From positions 77,810,001 to 77,874,000 of the forward strand of contig NC_082707.1 in assembly GCF_030144855.1 (NCBI RefSeq): a stretch of DNA of 64,000 bases, written 5' to 3'. The notes below the pieces were generated by a model. That model was given only the letters and a program-made list of their open reading frames with translations, had not been told where the DNA came from and did no database searches. The stretch comes from Hypanus sabinus. Lineage: Eukaryota. A program made the position numbers and the translations under genes. This document shows, piece by piece, positions 46,767-59,199 of the stretch. The stretch's first letter is position 1. Each line of letters opens with the position of its first letter.

Positions 46767-48965
46767 ATTGGAATCGATCTGGTAAACCTTAGGCATGCCC
46801 CTGTTAATGGGGATAACTACAACTTTAAGGCAGCTATAGTTCTATATTTGGGGAAAAAGAAACTTAGTTGAACTTGCCGTAGTGCTTTGGGTATAGATCA
46901 CTTGAAGCAAATGTAAATCATCAGGTTTGCCTCCAGAAAACGGGAATATGCAAGTGGTTTATACTGAATGATCTTTGGCAAGAGGAATTTGACCTCATTG
47001 TTGCTGCTTATGCATTGTGCATAATCGCAAAAGGTTAAGGTGTAATTTAAAAAAAGAAAATGGTGAACTACAGTACGAACAGTTTAACAAAAACATGTAG
47101 AATATAATGTCACTTTTTATATGCAGATTATTTTTGTGTTCTCTAAATCAAAAAAAAAACATTGGTTTTGTTTTATTTTGGTAATGTCATTAGATGACCC
47201 AAGAATATATTTAAAACAAAATGCCTCATTATTTTCTAGTGTCTGCATTAGCATGGATCAGTTGCACAAAGCAAAACACTCCCATTACACCTGTGTAGTT
47301 AGTTTCAAGTAGAAATGGGGATGATACTTTAGGCACACATGGTATATGCTTTCTTCCCTCAGGTTTGCTTGCTGTATTATTAGAACCATGCAGTGCTAAA
47401 TGTGTAATTTTTGTCATGAATGGTGGTTGCTGGAAGACCCCAACCCACTGTACACATGCACTTAGATGCTTACAATTGGAGACAGCATTGGACCTATGTT
47501 AACAACAGTATGTACAGATGAAGGTTATTGAGTTAGCTAAGTTGTGCACAAATGCTTGCTAATCTAGCCAGAAGTGTTTTGTGCAAGTGTTTCTCTAAGG
47601 TATGTGAAGGACTCATTTTACAAACTTAGAGGTGTACAATAATTTGATAACGTGCTGGATTTGTGCTGCAACTTGCCACCGTCTCCATTTGATGATACAG
47701 AATGCAAAGTGGTGAAAATTTAACATTTAACCCAAATGTGCATATTACAGCAGTGCCTCTGCATTACTTGTCTGCCTTTGGGTAGCATAGCACTTACTGG
47801 ATAATCCTGTATTTACAAAGTGCACCTGTACCTTATAGTGACAGATAGTACTGCAGGTAATAGTTGATTATCAACATGCCTGACCAAAATAAACAAATAT
47901 AATACATTTTAACCACACTGGCAAATTCAGGTTTTACATTGATATAAATCCAGTTGAGTAACCAAACAGATGGCACCTGTGACTTTATGTGCAATTTGTT
48001 GCATACTTCACATAAAGTTAAAATAAATATGTACAATAACATTCACTCAGGCAGTTCAAAAATGAGGGCTAGTGCATGTGCTCATCTCCCTCTGGTGTTC
48101 CTTTCATTAAAAGCAAAACAATATTTTGCCATTTATTAATATCTCATAACCCTATTACATGTGTCAATGTGGCTGAACTGCTTGTACCACTGTCCACCAT
48201 TGTAATGATATATATAAAATTACTCCTCAGCCTCACTTATGGTTTGGCACATAGCATGCACAACAATGGTTACTCACATAGTGTAAATGTGCAGGAAAAT
48301 TTTCACATACAGAAAGAGTTTGAATGGCACCTTTTTGTTTTTATAGTGTAGCTGGTGTCATTTCCTGTGAATGTGGTCAAGTAGCGTTTTGAAGCCATAG
48401 GAATAATGTGATGTTTTGTGTCCAGTCTGTATTTTTATTTTGTTTTTTTTTCTTTTTTGTTTTGCAAGAAGAATTGAAACTATTTTTGATAATGAGAGTA
48501 AATGGTGGAAAATGCTTCTTCAGTTTTCTTGTCTTTTTTTGGCACCTAAGGCACCTACATTTTTAAATTTTTTTGACATCCGTGGTAAATTAATGTCATA
48601 GCAAAGCTATGTTTTTGTATTTGTGTAATGTGATTTCTGTATGCTGACCAAAAATTCCATTAATCGAGTAGGTGGTTGATCCTAACTCTCGCATGAACTT
48701 TACGCTTGCTGTTCGAGCATTGAAAACAGATTCTGGTATGTAGCCACAAGAAGTCCGTGGAATCATTTCATGACATTTTTGCAAAGCTGTGAAGCTGTAT
48801 TAACACTGTTGTTTTCCTGTTATCCGTGGTAAAAGTTGGTCCAGATTCCGTTAAGGAACCTAGAAAAAAATCCTTAATTTCTTTTCTAAATGATGGTATA
48901 TTCATGCCGTTTTCCGGAACATGTATGAGAAAGTAATGAATAAATGCATTAGTTTTATACTACTC
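46767..48965 (+). other. MSL2: Probable MSL2 3' UTR
   Basis: No recognisable TE sequence over ~2.2 kb. AATAAA at 47888, 48022 and 48939; the last has an upstream TGTA and a T-rich downstream region. The end point is inferred. Confidence 0.55.
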
Positions 48966-51689
48966 TGGTTTAGCTATATTCAGGTGCAATACTTTATTGG
49001 GAAAAAGATGCAAAGTATTTGTATTATAGTATACCTGATCAACTTAATTTTCTTATGGGCTTTGACAAGACTATGTTCAATTTTGTTCAGATTTGAACAA
49101 CAAATTTGTACTTTGGATCAGTGGGAAACAAACTGTAGTTGATAAAGAACTTGATAAAAGTTGATAACAGTATAGAAATTCTTTAAAAGTCGATTATCAC
49201 TATCAACTTTACTGTTTCTGTAAATTATTTTGTAAATTACCCAAATTTGTGAGCCGCAGGGAATAACACTTAAGAATTCTTAATAATTTGATAAATATCC
49301 TTAATTGAGGGCTCAGTCGAGTCACATCAGTTTATTTGGCTTGTGATATCAAATAGATCCTTTTTTGTGTGGTCTTGATAGTAAAGCTCATCCCAAAATA
49401 TAAGGGCACACAAGACCATTAGTCTGGTGCACCAGTGCATGGGGAGAATAGATTAATTCTCTCAATTTCCACATGGGTTACAAGTTATTTCTTTTAAGAG
49501 GAATATTATTGTTCCATTAATCTTTAGTAGTTTTTCATGATAACCTGCATCTTAGCAGCATGTTACACTTTCCTTTTCAGATGCTAATTTTGCTATATTC
49601 ACACAAGTGGGACTTCTCCAAAGTTCTATTTGATAATGGCAATCATTGTAACAATCTATTATGTGTAGTCTTTCAGTTTTCTAAAAAGGATGCATAAAAA
49701 TACAGTACCCTAGGGAAAAGGCTTAGTTGTGTCTTCACAGCTACTATCTCAGCTGAATTAGTTTTTGCATACCCTAAGTTTAGTGGCCTTTTTGTTTTTT
49801 GAACTGTTGGAGGAGCTTAAAGCCCCTAAAGTTTGCTTGAGGTTATTTTTTTAAAGAATACTTGGGTGTGCAGATCAAAAGCAAATAACTTTGATGTTTA
49901 GAACAACAGTCACCTGTCCCAACATGGCCAAAGATAAATTGCTGGAAAGTTGAATTTTCTATAATTTTAAAGATGGCATTCTATGCTGTTTTAGTTAAAT
50001 AAGCACAACTTTATTGAACTGCTAGCAATCTTGTTATAGTTACCTTGATTTTTAGATGCTAGGAGAAGAAAGAATAGGAAGTGAAGAACAAATGCAAATG
50101 GATGGAGTACCATCAACCAGATAAGCTTCTATCCTCCAGAACCAGCTTTGCCTCCTGCATTTTTAACCATGCGCTCATTTAAAAAAGGGGAGAAATTTTC
50201 CATTTATATTATGTAACAAGACTTCACTAGTCTGAGTTACGTTGAATAATATATACCAAGTCAGATGCAACAATGCCCGTTTCATAATGTATTTTTATTC
50301 TGAAAGCTGCAGTTTACTATTGTAATTGCTTACATTAAGTTACATCTTAAAATCCTACATATAATGAACTGGTACTTTTTAAAATGAACCATATTCTATA
50401 AATTATTGTAGACCTAAGGAGGTAAGTTAAGATTGTTAAATATACTGCAGTGGTCTGGAAGCTCTAAATTCAATTTTTATAGTTGTGTTACTCTACAGGA
50501 GATTCTGCTTTTGTATTGTCAGTGGATAATCTACATTTGTATCATGTGCTGGTAAATGAAGTTCCCTCACCATTTACAGAAAAGATAATTGGCAACTTCA
50601 TTTACAAAAACAATTAACTGACCAGCTAATTGTTTGGGTCACCCTAAGGAAATGCAAGTTCCTTTTGTTGCACTATGTACTGTTTCAGCAGCATCTGCCT
50701 ATTAGTCTTTTATATTTCATTTGTCTCTCCTTGTTTGTAAAATACCTGCATGAATAAGTCTATTAATAGTTGTGTGTGCTTGATTGCTCACCTTAATATT
50801 CAAAATGCAATAACATCTACTGAAGTTTTTGTTACTAAAATTAATCAATTTCCTTTTATAAACATGGATATTCTGAACAGCTTTACTGTTTATTAAGTAG
50901 CTATAAAATAGGAGACTATTTGCACATAGCAAGTTTCCATAAATAGTAATCTGATAACCAGATATTCATGGCTTTAATGGTGTTCCTTCAGGGTGAATAT
51001 TGGTCAGGGTTCTATAGCTATTGATATTGGGAAATATTGCATCTGTGAATTTAAGGGGCAACAGTACAGTGTCAGATTTGAAAAGCAGGACTTTGAACAA
51101 TACTCATGTCTCCAGGTAAGACATGCCTGTAACTTTTATACATGATTGTGAATGCTATCAATGAATTACTCTGTTGGCAAGCAACATTCTTAAATCAATG
51201 GCTAGGGCGTCAATTAATTGCCATCCAGCATATGGATTCTAGGTGAGCAGGATGAAGACTATACTGGATGAATTAAGTTTCTCTCACGTGGGCAAGGATG
51301 ATGAATCCAGTGACGTGGAGCAGTCATATAAGAATAGTTGTTACATGTTGACAGACATTGGAGAAATGGATGTTTAATCCAATTTAGGGTTAGGGTTCTC
51401 GGCTTTTCAGCAATGTTGCACAAAATTTAATGGCTTGGAGGAAATGAAATGAGAACTAGCATTTCTTAGATCAATATGAATAGCTTCAGACTTGTCAAAG
51501 CTTGACATCTAGAATGAAACATTTATAAATCTTTATTATAAAACAAAATACATTCTCTCCATCAGTGTTTCACTACAATGGTAACGTGTCTTTTATACAT
51601 GACTGAGATTTATTACAGCCATCTAGAGTGGAGGAAATTGGATAATTCAAAGCAGATGATGTAGTAACCTTTTATGCGTACATCATTTT

Positions 51690-51882
51690 TTGGGCCAGTC
51701 AGTGATGTATCAGCACTGGACTTTGCAGCACATGGTCCTGAGTTTGAATCTGGCCGAGTCCTAACCTCACAAGAAGAAAGCCCTCGCAATCTACTTCCGT
51801 ATATTGTCATGAAAACCTTATGGACAACTACACTATCCATAGGGTTGCCATGAGTCAACAATGACTCAGTGGCACACAACAA
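51690..51882 (+). mobile_element. tRNA-head SINE with RTE-type 3' tail
   Basis: B-box-like GAGTTTGAATC; tail ATAGGGTTGCCATGAGTCAACAATGACTCAGTGGCACACAACAA. Confidence 0.6.
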
Positions 51883-52553
51883 TTTTTTATATGGTTATCT
51901 TTCATTCATGTTTTCCTGAAAGTTTTGGGAGAAATTGCTGAGGTTTCAGTTTTTTTTTCCTTAAAACAGCTTTTGAGTGAGACAACATTGCTGAGCAATA
52001 CGTTTGCCCTACCTGCAGCTCATTGGCATTTGCATTACTGTGAATAAATGCATGCAAAGGTGAACTTGACCTTGCTATCCTTAGTTATGTTTCATCTTGA
52101 GTTCAGTTGTAAACAGGACCCGATATCTGACTTGGCTTTTTTTTTCATTCTAATGACAATAATTTGGTGGAAGATGTTGTCTGGGTGAGGAGTGCTACTA
52201 AGGAATGTTTAACCCAGTTTTTGCAATCAGACATTGGTCAGAAATTGAACATCAATACATTACGTTGTTAAGTGAGGCTTTGGGCAGTGTGTGAGGTAGG
52301 ACAGATACGAGGTGCTTGAAAGGCGAGTGCCAATATTGGTTGGATAGAATAAAATGCTAGCAAGAGTGGAAGTGCTTAAGATTGCCCATCACGAAGGAGA
52401 AGTTAAATATATTCCAAGATGCAGAGAATTGGTTATATTGGTGCAAATGGTTAGTATGCAAAGACAGTAAGTAATTCTGAATACTAATTTCTAGGAGAAT
52501 TGAACACAAAAGTAATGAAATTATCCTTCAGCTATAAGTAGCTAGCAGTCTTA

Positions 52554-53137
52554 CAGTACCAATAAAATATATTCATCTCCCTTGGAAGTTTTCATGTTTT
52601 ATTGTTTTACAACATTGCATCACAGTGGATTTAATTGCTTTTTTGACACTGACACGAAAGTCTTTTTCTGTTGATCAATGTGAAAACATCTCTACAAAGT
52701 GATCGAAATTAATTATAGTTATTAAACACAAAATAACTGGTTACATAATTACCCACCCCCTTCAAGTCAGTATTTAGTAGATTCACCTTTGTCAGCAATT
52801 GCAGCTTTGAGTCTGTGTGGACAGGTCTCTATCTGGACACCGCAATTTTTCCCCATTTTTATGTACAAAACTGCTCAAGCTATCATGAGTGAACAGACCT
52901 TTTCCAATTCCAGCCACAAATTGAGGTCTTGACTCTGACTTGGCCATTCTAGGATATTAACTTTGTGGTTTTAAAGCCGTTCCTGTATGGCTTTGGCTTT
53001 ATGCTTGGGGTCATTTGCCTTGCTGAAAAAACAAATCTCCCAAATCGCAGTTCTCTCACAGACTGCATCAAGTTTTCCTCCAGGATTTCCTTGTATTTTG
53101 CTGCATTCATTTTACCCTGTAACCTTATAGGCATGCC
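52554..53137 (-). mobile_element. Tc1-like transposon fragment inside an old CR1 remnant
   Basis: TA|CAGTACCAATAAAATATATTCA TIR-like end; minus-strand GKMNAAKYKEILEENLMQSVREL and a DPKHKAK-type remnant. Confidence 0.8.
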
Positions 53138-53549
53138 TAGTCTCCTTGTTAGAATAAGGCTAATGCATCTGAAGTAGTTCAGAAAAGATTTACAAGACTA
53201 ATGCATGGATAGGTGGGTTAACACCGAGACTGAGAGGGGATATAATGGAAATGCAACACCCTGATCAGCCATAATTTTGTTAAATCATATGAGTACTACA
53301 TTCTTTTTAACCAGTATTAATATTTGGAATCCTGTTCCTAACATTAGTATTGAACAACAAGAGTTGGCAGGACAGAAAAATACCAGATTTAATTTAGTTG
53401 GGTGATGGGAAAAAATGAAGGATTGGACTGATATTGTTGATTTAAGAAAGATTGTGTATGGAAGTCTCTCCAAATTACAGATGACTGCAAAAGTGATCTA
53501 AGTGAAAGCACTCAAAGAAAGTAATGATCTGATTTGTTACTTGTTTTTA

Positions 53550-53925
53550 TATCAATGTTAAATATCAGAGTATGTATATGTCAGCATATACTATCCTGCA
53601 TTTCATTTTCTTGTGCGCATTCACAGTAGAACAAAGAAATTCAATAAATCAATGAAAAACTGCACACAAAGACAGACAACCAATGTGCAAAAGAAAAACA
53701 AACTGCAAATACGGGGGGGGGGGGGGGGGGGGAGAAAATTAATAAATAATATTGAGAACACATGTTGTAGTGTCCTTGAAAGTGATTCCATAGGTTGTGG
53801 AATCAATTCATTGTTGAAGTGAGTGAGAGCCTGATGGTTGAAGAGTAATAACCTTTCCTGAACCTGGTGGCGTGGGACTTAAGGATCCTGTGTCTCATTT
53901 TCTGAAGGGAGCAGTGAGAAGAAAG
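53550..53925 (-). mobile_element. Rex1/Babar-type 3' tail fragment
   Basis: AGCCTGATGGTTGAAGAGTAATAACCTTTCCTGAACCTGGTGG resembles the segment at ~18895-18990. Confidence 0.55.
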
Positions 53926-55702
53926 ACTGAATATCAATTGTGAAATGTAGTTAAAATTAGTCTGCTGTTTCTAAAAATGTCTATCTTGTGTGGAGTTTTT
54001 GCATTATGTCTGTTTTATGTCACTTTAGAGTTCTGTGCATTTATTTTTGTTCACCCCAATGCAAATGAAGTACTACTTCATTACATGTTGCAATCTGCTA
54101 TGTAGGGTCTGTGTTCTATTTTGGTTTTGAGTTTATTAAGCTGTTTGTAAGCTTTTGATCGTTTTTCAGATGGTATGTATAATAACTAAGGGTGTCACAA
54201 ATATTTTGTGCAGTTGTTTGGAAGTAATAGTGCTGTGGACTGTTTGAAATTATAGTCCTTTAAATGATTTTTTTCCAGGAATTTTTAGTAGAGTAAATTA
54301 GAATCATTAATTGATGCAACTTACTAAGCTAACAATTTTCTCTATAAAATTCTAATACATAATAATACATCTTAATGATTTGTTGACACTTCCAATTGCA
54401 TGAGCATCTGTTGTGAAGTTACCATAGTATTCCATATGAGCTGTACTTTCCCATAATCAGTTTCAGATTATCTCATGATTCTCCACAAAGCCCCACATCT
54501 GGGAATATATATGGTCAACCTAGGAAAGTGAACTGAAATACCTGTGGTAACTGACTAGGAGTTGTAACTTACCTAGAATATTGCATTTCTCAAAATGCCC
54601 CTCCAGACTTGCATGAGTTTTAAAACAAAATTCCATTCTTTAGGGTAGCTGGTTACTTTGCTGTCACTACTCTTACAAATGTGTGTTTTCAGTTGTTTCT
54701 TCAGAACATGAAGTTTTGTCCCCTCATTACACGCATTTGCAGAGATTTGTCATATTGAGTGGCATTTGATACCACAAAATACCCTCAGATCAGATCAACT
54801 GTTGAACTGAATCTGTGGTATGTCATCCTTCCTGAATTACTAGTCTCCCTGAATGGCCTAGTGTTTCAATTTTTTGTCACAGAATGGAGGTTGATGTCAA
54901 AGCTCTACATCCCTTCCAAACCCAGAACGGAGGCAATTAAGGGCCAGTCACACTAGTAGATCTGGAGTGACATATAAGCCTAACAGGGCAAAAGCATGAA
55001 TAAATTGGCATGTTTTATAGTCCTCATTTTTTTTAGATAATGAGGATTAGTTGAAGACTTGACCCACAAGGAAAGGTACATAACCAGCAGGTCTGGCTGT
55101 GCTTAAGTTGTAACCTGCTTCCAGCTATGTGGTGCCACTACAGGTTGGTTCCCTTCGCTGTAATGATATTGTAACTCGGTTGTAGTTGTATTTATATTCT
55201 TTCTACCATAGTTTTGCATTGTACATGCAGTAATTACATGCATTTGGTTTGCACTACTGTCTGCAAGTGATGTACACCGTACAAAAAAAATGACATCTAC
55301 ATAGAATTTACGTTTTCCATCCAAGCTACTTAATTACTTCAGTCCTGTGATTCTGAATTTGACTTTAATAATATTTAAGATTTATCACCCGACTTTTGTC
55401 CATTTTCATCAGAGAAGCCTGAACTATATTCTACGTTCATGTTTCAGAGCTGCAGCTATGCACTTAATGTTGCAGCTGTACAAATTTCCACAGACAGTGT
55501 GAAGGTAATAAGAAACTATGTATATATCTATCATCAGCTGACAAACCTTTGATTTTAATTTACCTGAAAGATGGCATGTCTGGCTGCAGTTTTCCTTGTA
55601 ATATTTCGGTGGAAGCTTCCTTCCCTGAAGTCAGATTTAACAAGCACTCTTCGATACTGGAGGACGTGTACACCGGCGAGTGAAATTGTGATTTTGTGAG
55701 TA

Positions 55703-56050
55703 AACTTGGTGGCCACTTTATTAGGTATACCTGCTCCTGGACACCTGCGTATTAATAGAAATATCTAATGCCGATCTTTTGGGATTTTCACCCACAATCG
55801 TCTCTGGAGTTTACAGAAAATAGTGTGGGGGAGAAAAAAACAACCAATGCGAGGCAGTTCCGTGTGTGTGTGGTGGGGAGGGGAAGCGCCTTGTTAATGA
55901 GAGTTCAGGGGAGAATGGCCAGACTTGGTTCAAGCTGGCAGGAAGGCAACAGTAACTCAAATAAGCACGCGTTACAACAGGAATGTGCAGAAGAGCATCT
56001 CTGAAATCAACACGTCAAACCTTGAGGTGGTTGGGCTACAGCAGCAGAAG
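55703..56050 (+). mobile_element. Tc1/mariner-like fragment
   Basis: GTGGCCACTTTATTAGGTATACC TIR-like end and an N-terminal transposase remnant (DLLGFS..., MGYSSRR-like). Confidence 0.6.
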
Positions 56051-56189
56051 AAAGATGTACAGAAGGTGTTGAGTGGATAGAATGTAAATATCTCCAATCA
56101 AAAGAGGCTGTGGAAATGAACTGATAAAGTTATTGCTAATATTAATAGAGGTAGTTAGAAAAAGAAAGCAAGGAATATATAAAAGCTGT

Positions 56190-56400
56190 GAAATGCAGAA
56201 AATGCCAGATACACTCGTCTGTGAATGGATAACCTGCCACAGAATTGAATGTCCACTTAGCAGAGCATTCAGTTTGTAAGCGCCTTTGCGCTTCAGTTTC
56301 CCATGGCTTTAATTCTTCCCAATCTAACCTACATTTTGTGGTTTCGGCACTGCTTTAACAGGCCACAACATAACCTTGAGAATAGTATCTCATTGTACAT
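56190..56400 (+). mobile_element. Penelope-like element remnant
   Basis: Degenerate GIY-YIG C-terminal region (AEH.., FNS, LE..YLI). Related short pieces occur near 20030, 36000, 40110, 42170 and 42730. Confidence 0.4.
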
Positions 56401-57884
56401 TTTGTAACAGATTTCATATGGAAGACAAAGACATTTAAGAAGAAAATGTGGGGACAAAAAAGGAAGGGCAACTTTAAAATAATTTCAGTTGCTAGAGAAA
56501 AGGCACTAGTGCCGGAACAATAGTGTGGCATTAGCTCCAGTAATCTAGTTTTGATCCTCTTAACCTGGCCCCACTTCGTGATTGTTGTTTCGTATGGCAG
56601 ATGTTTTTCTCTTCACACTTAGTCGTTTTTGTCAAGCCACTCCTCCAGCTCGTGACCGCATTGTTAGACCTCGGCAAAGCCTCTCTGATCTTGGTTGAGA
56701 GAGCATGTTTGGACCAGGTGGAGGATGCCCTGGATCAGGCTCAATATATATTGAGAAGTAGGTTTGATTCATGATGAAATGTGGGCCGGGAGGAGCAGAC
56801 GCAAGCACGTCCGTTCGGGAGCCGGGGTTGGATCCAATTTCGTCTGGCATCTCATCCGCAACTGTTCCAACTGTCTGATGGAATCCTTGCAGCACGACGT
56901 CTACGTGTAGATCCAGGTTGTGGAGTGTCCCACTGTAGAGTATGCAGGTGCTCAAATTTACTTCCACATCCCAAATGTGTGCTGATGGGTTAATTGGCTA
57001 CAGTGTTTTTTTTAATGGCCCTGGTATAGGTGTGTAGCAAGGAGATTCACGTGTATTTTAGCATCTAAGTAATAATTGCAGGGAAATAATTTGGGGGAAA
57101 TGGTATTGAATGCTCTGAGCCTGCATAAAAAATAATGAAACCTGATTTTGATGTGCTACCTCAGCCCAAGTGCTTGCATACTACTGTGATTTAAAGAAGT
57201 AGCTGCACCGATGATGGGTGTGCTCTTGTAAAATTTCCAAGATTCCAGGAAGTCCCAGTGACTGGGAAAACTGCAAGTTGTGTTCAAGAAAGGCAACACA
57301 GAATTTTAGAATTTTTCATCTTTAAACTGAGTGTATTGCCTTAAATGATCTTACTGCCTTGTTCAGTAAGTCGTCAAGGAGCTGTCTAGCTTTTTCCATA
57401 ATTCTCAACTTGCTAATTATATCAGTTAATTTAGTTACACTACACTTGGTACCTTCGTTCAAGTAATTTCTATAGTTTGAAAATAGTGAAGCCCACCGTT
57501 GAACCTCCCCCCCCCCCCCCATGGCATCTCACTATTTGCTGATCGCCAATCTTCTGTTAATAACAATTCATTGTCCCACCCCATGCACTCCAGTGCAGTA
57601 ACCTTTTATGTGAAACTTTATCAAGTGTGTGCTCCTAAACCTGGCTGGCATTTATTCTTCAAGTTTATTGCATCCTCAGAGGCTCATGACCTGTTATCTC
57701 TTTAATAATGGATTTCTTCATTTTTAGTTTCCTGCTTTCTACCTACCACGATTCTTAAGTGGTAATGTTACATGCGTGGTTTCTCCAATGCTTTTGGAGA
57801 ATGCTCTTTAGAGTCTAATGAATTCGGGAAGATTGCAACTGAAGAAGCCACTGTCCCAAAGCCATTTCCTTTAAGATGCCAGAA

Positions 57885-59035
57885 CGTGTGATGGACTGGA
57901 CTGTTTCCACGACATTGTAGGCACATCTGTTCAAGAGCATTGGTATTTCCATATCAGGCCATGATGAAACCAAACAAAATATTTCCCAGCACACAGCTAT
58001 AAGAAGTTAGACCAAATTTTAAATTACCTGCTCAAGCTTGCAAACTTGTAAGAAAATAGGAGTGCAACTATGCTTTCTTTGTAATGGCACTTGTGTGGTG
58101 GACCCAGGGCAGATCCTCTGAAATGATGGTTGGCATCTGTCTTGAAGGACAATGGGTGATCATCATCACAAACCTGGGTGGAAGGTATGGAGATCCTGAG
58201 AAGCCCAGTCGTAAGATACCCCTCTTGGCCTCACCGATGTAGTCCAAAGGAAAGCTTATGAAGCAATGTGTTTGGCACCAGCTTGGCTGCAGGAGCTGCC
58301 GGAAGGATGTTTAATGATGTCCAGCTTCCTTGAGGGCTCTAATCTGGATTTGCTGTCTGGGTTTACTTCCATAACCTTCATTTACCCATAGCTGGGGATT
58401 TGGTTCACGAGCACTAGGACGTGTCCACACCGGTGGACCTGCATGCTATGAATGCAGGGGCCAGACCTTCTCCCTGTACTCTGTAGTTTAGCCTGAGTCC
58501 GAAATGGGCTCAGTTTCCACATGTTGCCAGTGGGGAGGCACTGCATGAGGCTCGCTATTGGAGAGGCTATGTGCTGGCCGAGAGAGTCTTGTACATTCAG
58601 CTCTCCTTTTTGTAAGATTGCTGGCCAGAGGTGGAAGCTGAAAGTGAGAGCGACAAGCACCACCCACTACACCACCACACCAGGTGCATCACAACAGCCA
58701 TTTTGACAGCCGAAATGATAATACTGAGAAATTTAGGGTTGCTAACCCTCTCCACCTCTGATACCAATGAAATAGCTGATGGACCTCCAGTTTCCTCCTC
58801 CTGAGGACAATAATCAGCTCCTTGGTCTTGTTGACATTGACTGAGAAGCTGTGGCACTCCTCAGCCAGATTTTCAATCCCCCACCCCCACCCCATATGCT
58901 GATTTATTGCTACCTTTGATTCAGCCAACAACAATGGTGTCATTGGCAAACTTAAATATGGCATGGGAGCTGTGCTCAGCTTCACAGAAGTATAAAGAAT
59001 GCAGCAAGGGGGCGAAGCACACAGCCTTGCAGTGC
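57885..59035 (-). mobile_element. Rex1/Babar-like LINE fragment interrupted by an RTE-type retroposon (~58128-58700)
   Basis: Minus-strand NVNKTKELII and KFANDTIVVG motifs. The LINE text stops at GATCCTCTGAAATGATG and resumes at GAAATGATAATACTGAGAAATTT. Confidence 0.65.
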
Positions 59036-59199
59036 AGGTAAAAATAGTACTTATTTTGCATTACGTCAAACTTAACTTATTAAATAACCACAAGCTACCC
59101 AGTGGCCAACCAGACATTGGAAGTTTGGAAAGGGGGGGACTTCAATCAGGTCCACTGCCCGAGGATAAAAGACAGCAGCAGGTTGCAGCAATGTAAAAG

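Noticed and set aside
51251-51376. Small + strand ORF MKTILDELSFSHVGKDDESSDVEQSYKNSCYMLTDIGEMDV
   Set aside because: Only 41 codons, with no recognisable homology or gene context.
51690-51760. tRNA gene
   Set aside because: Only a degenerate B-box-like head of a SINE; no cloverleaf can be formed.
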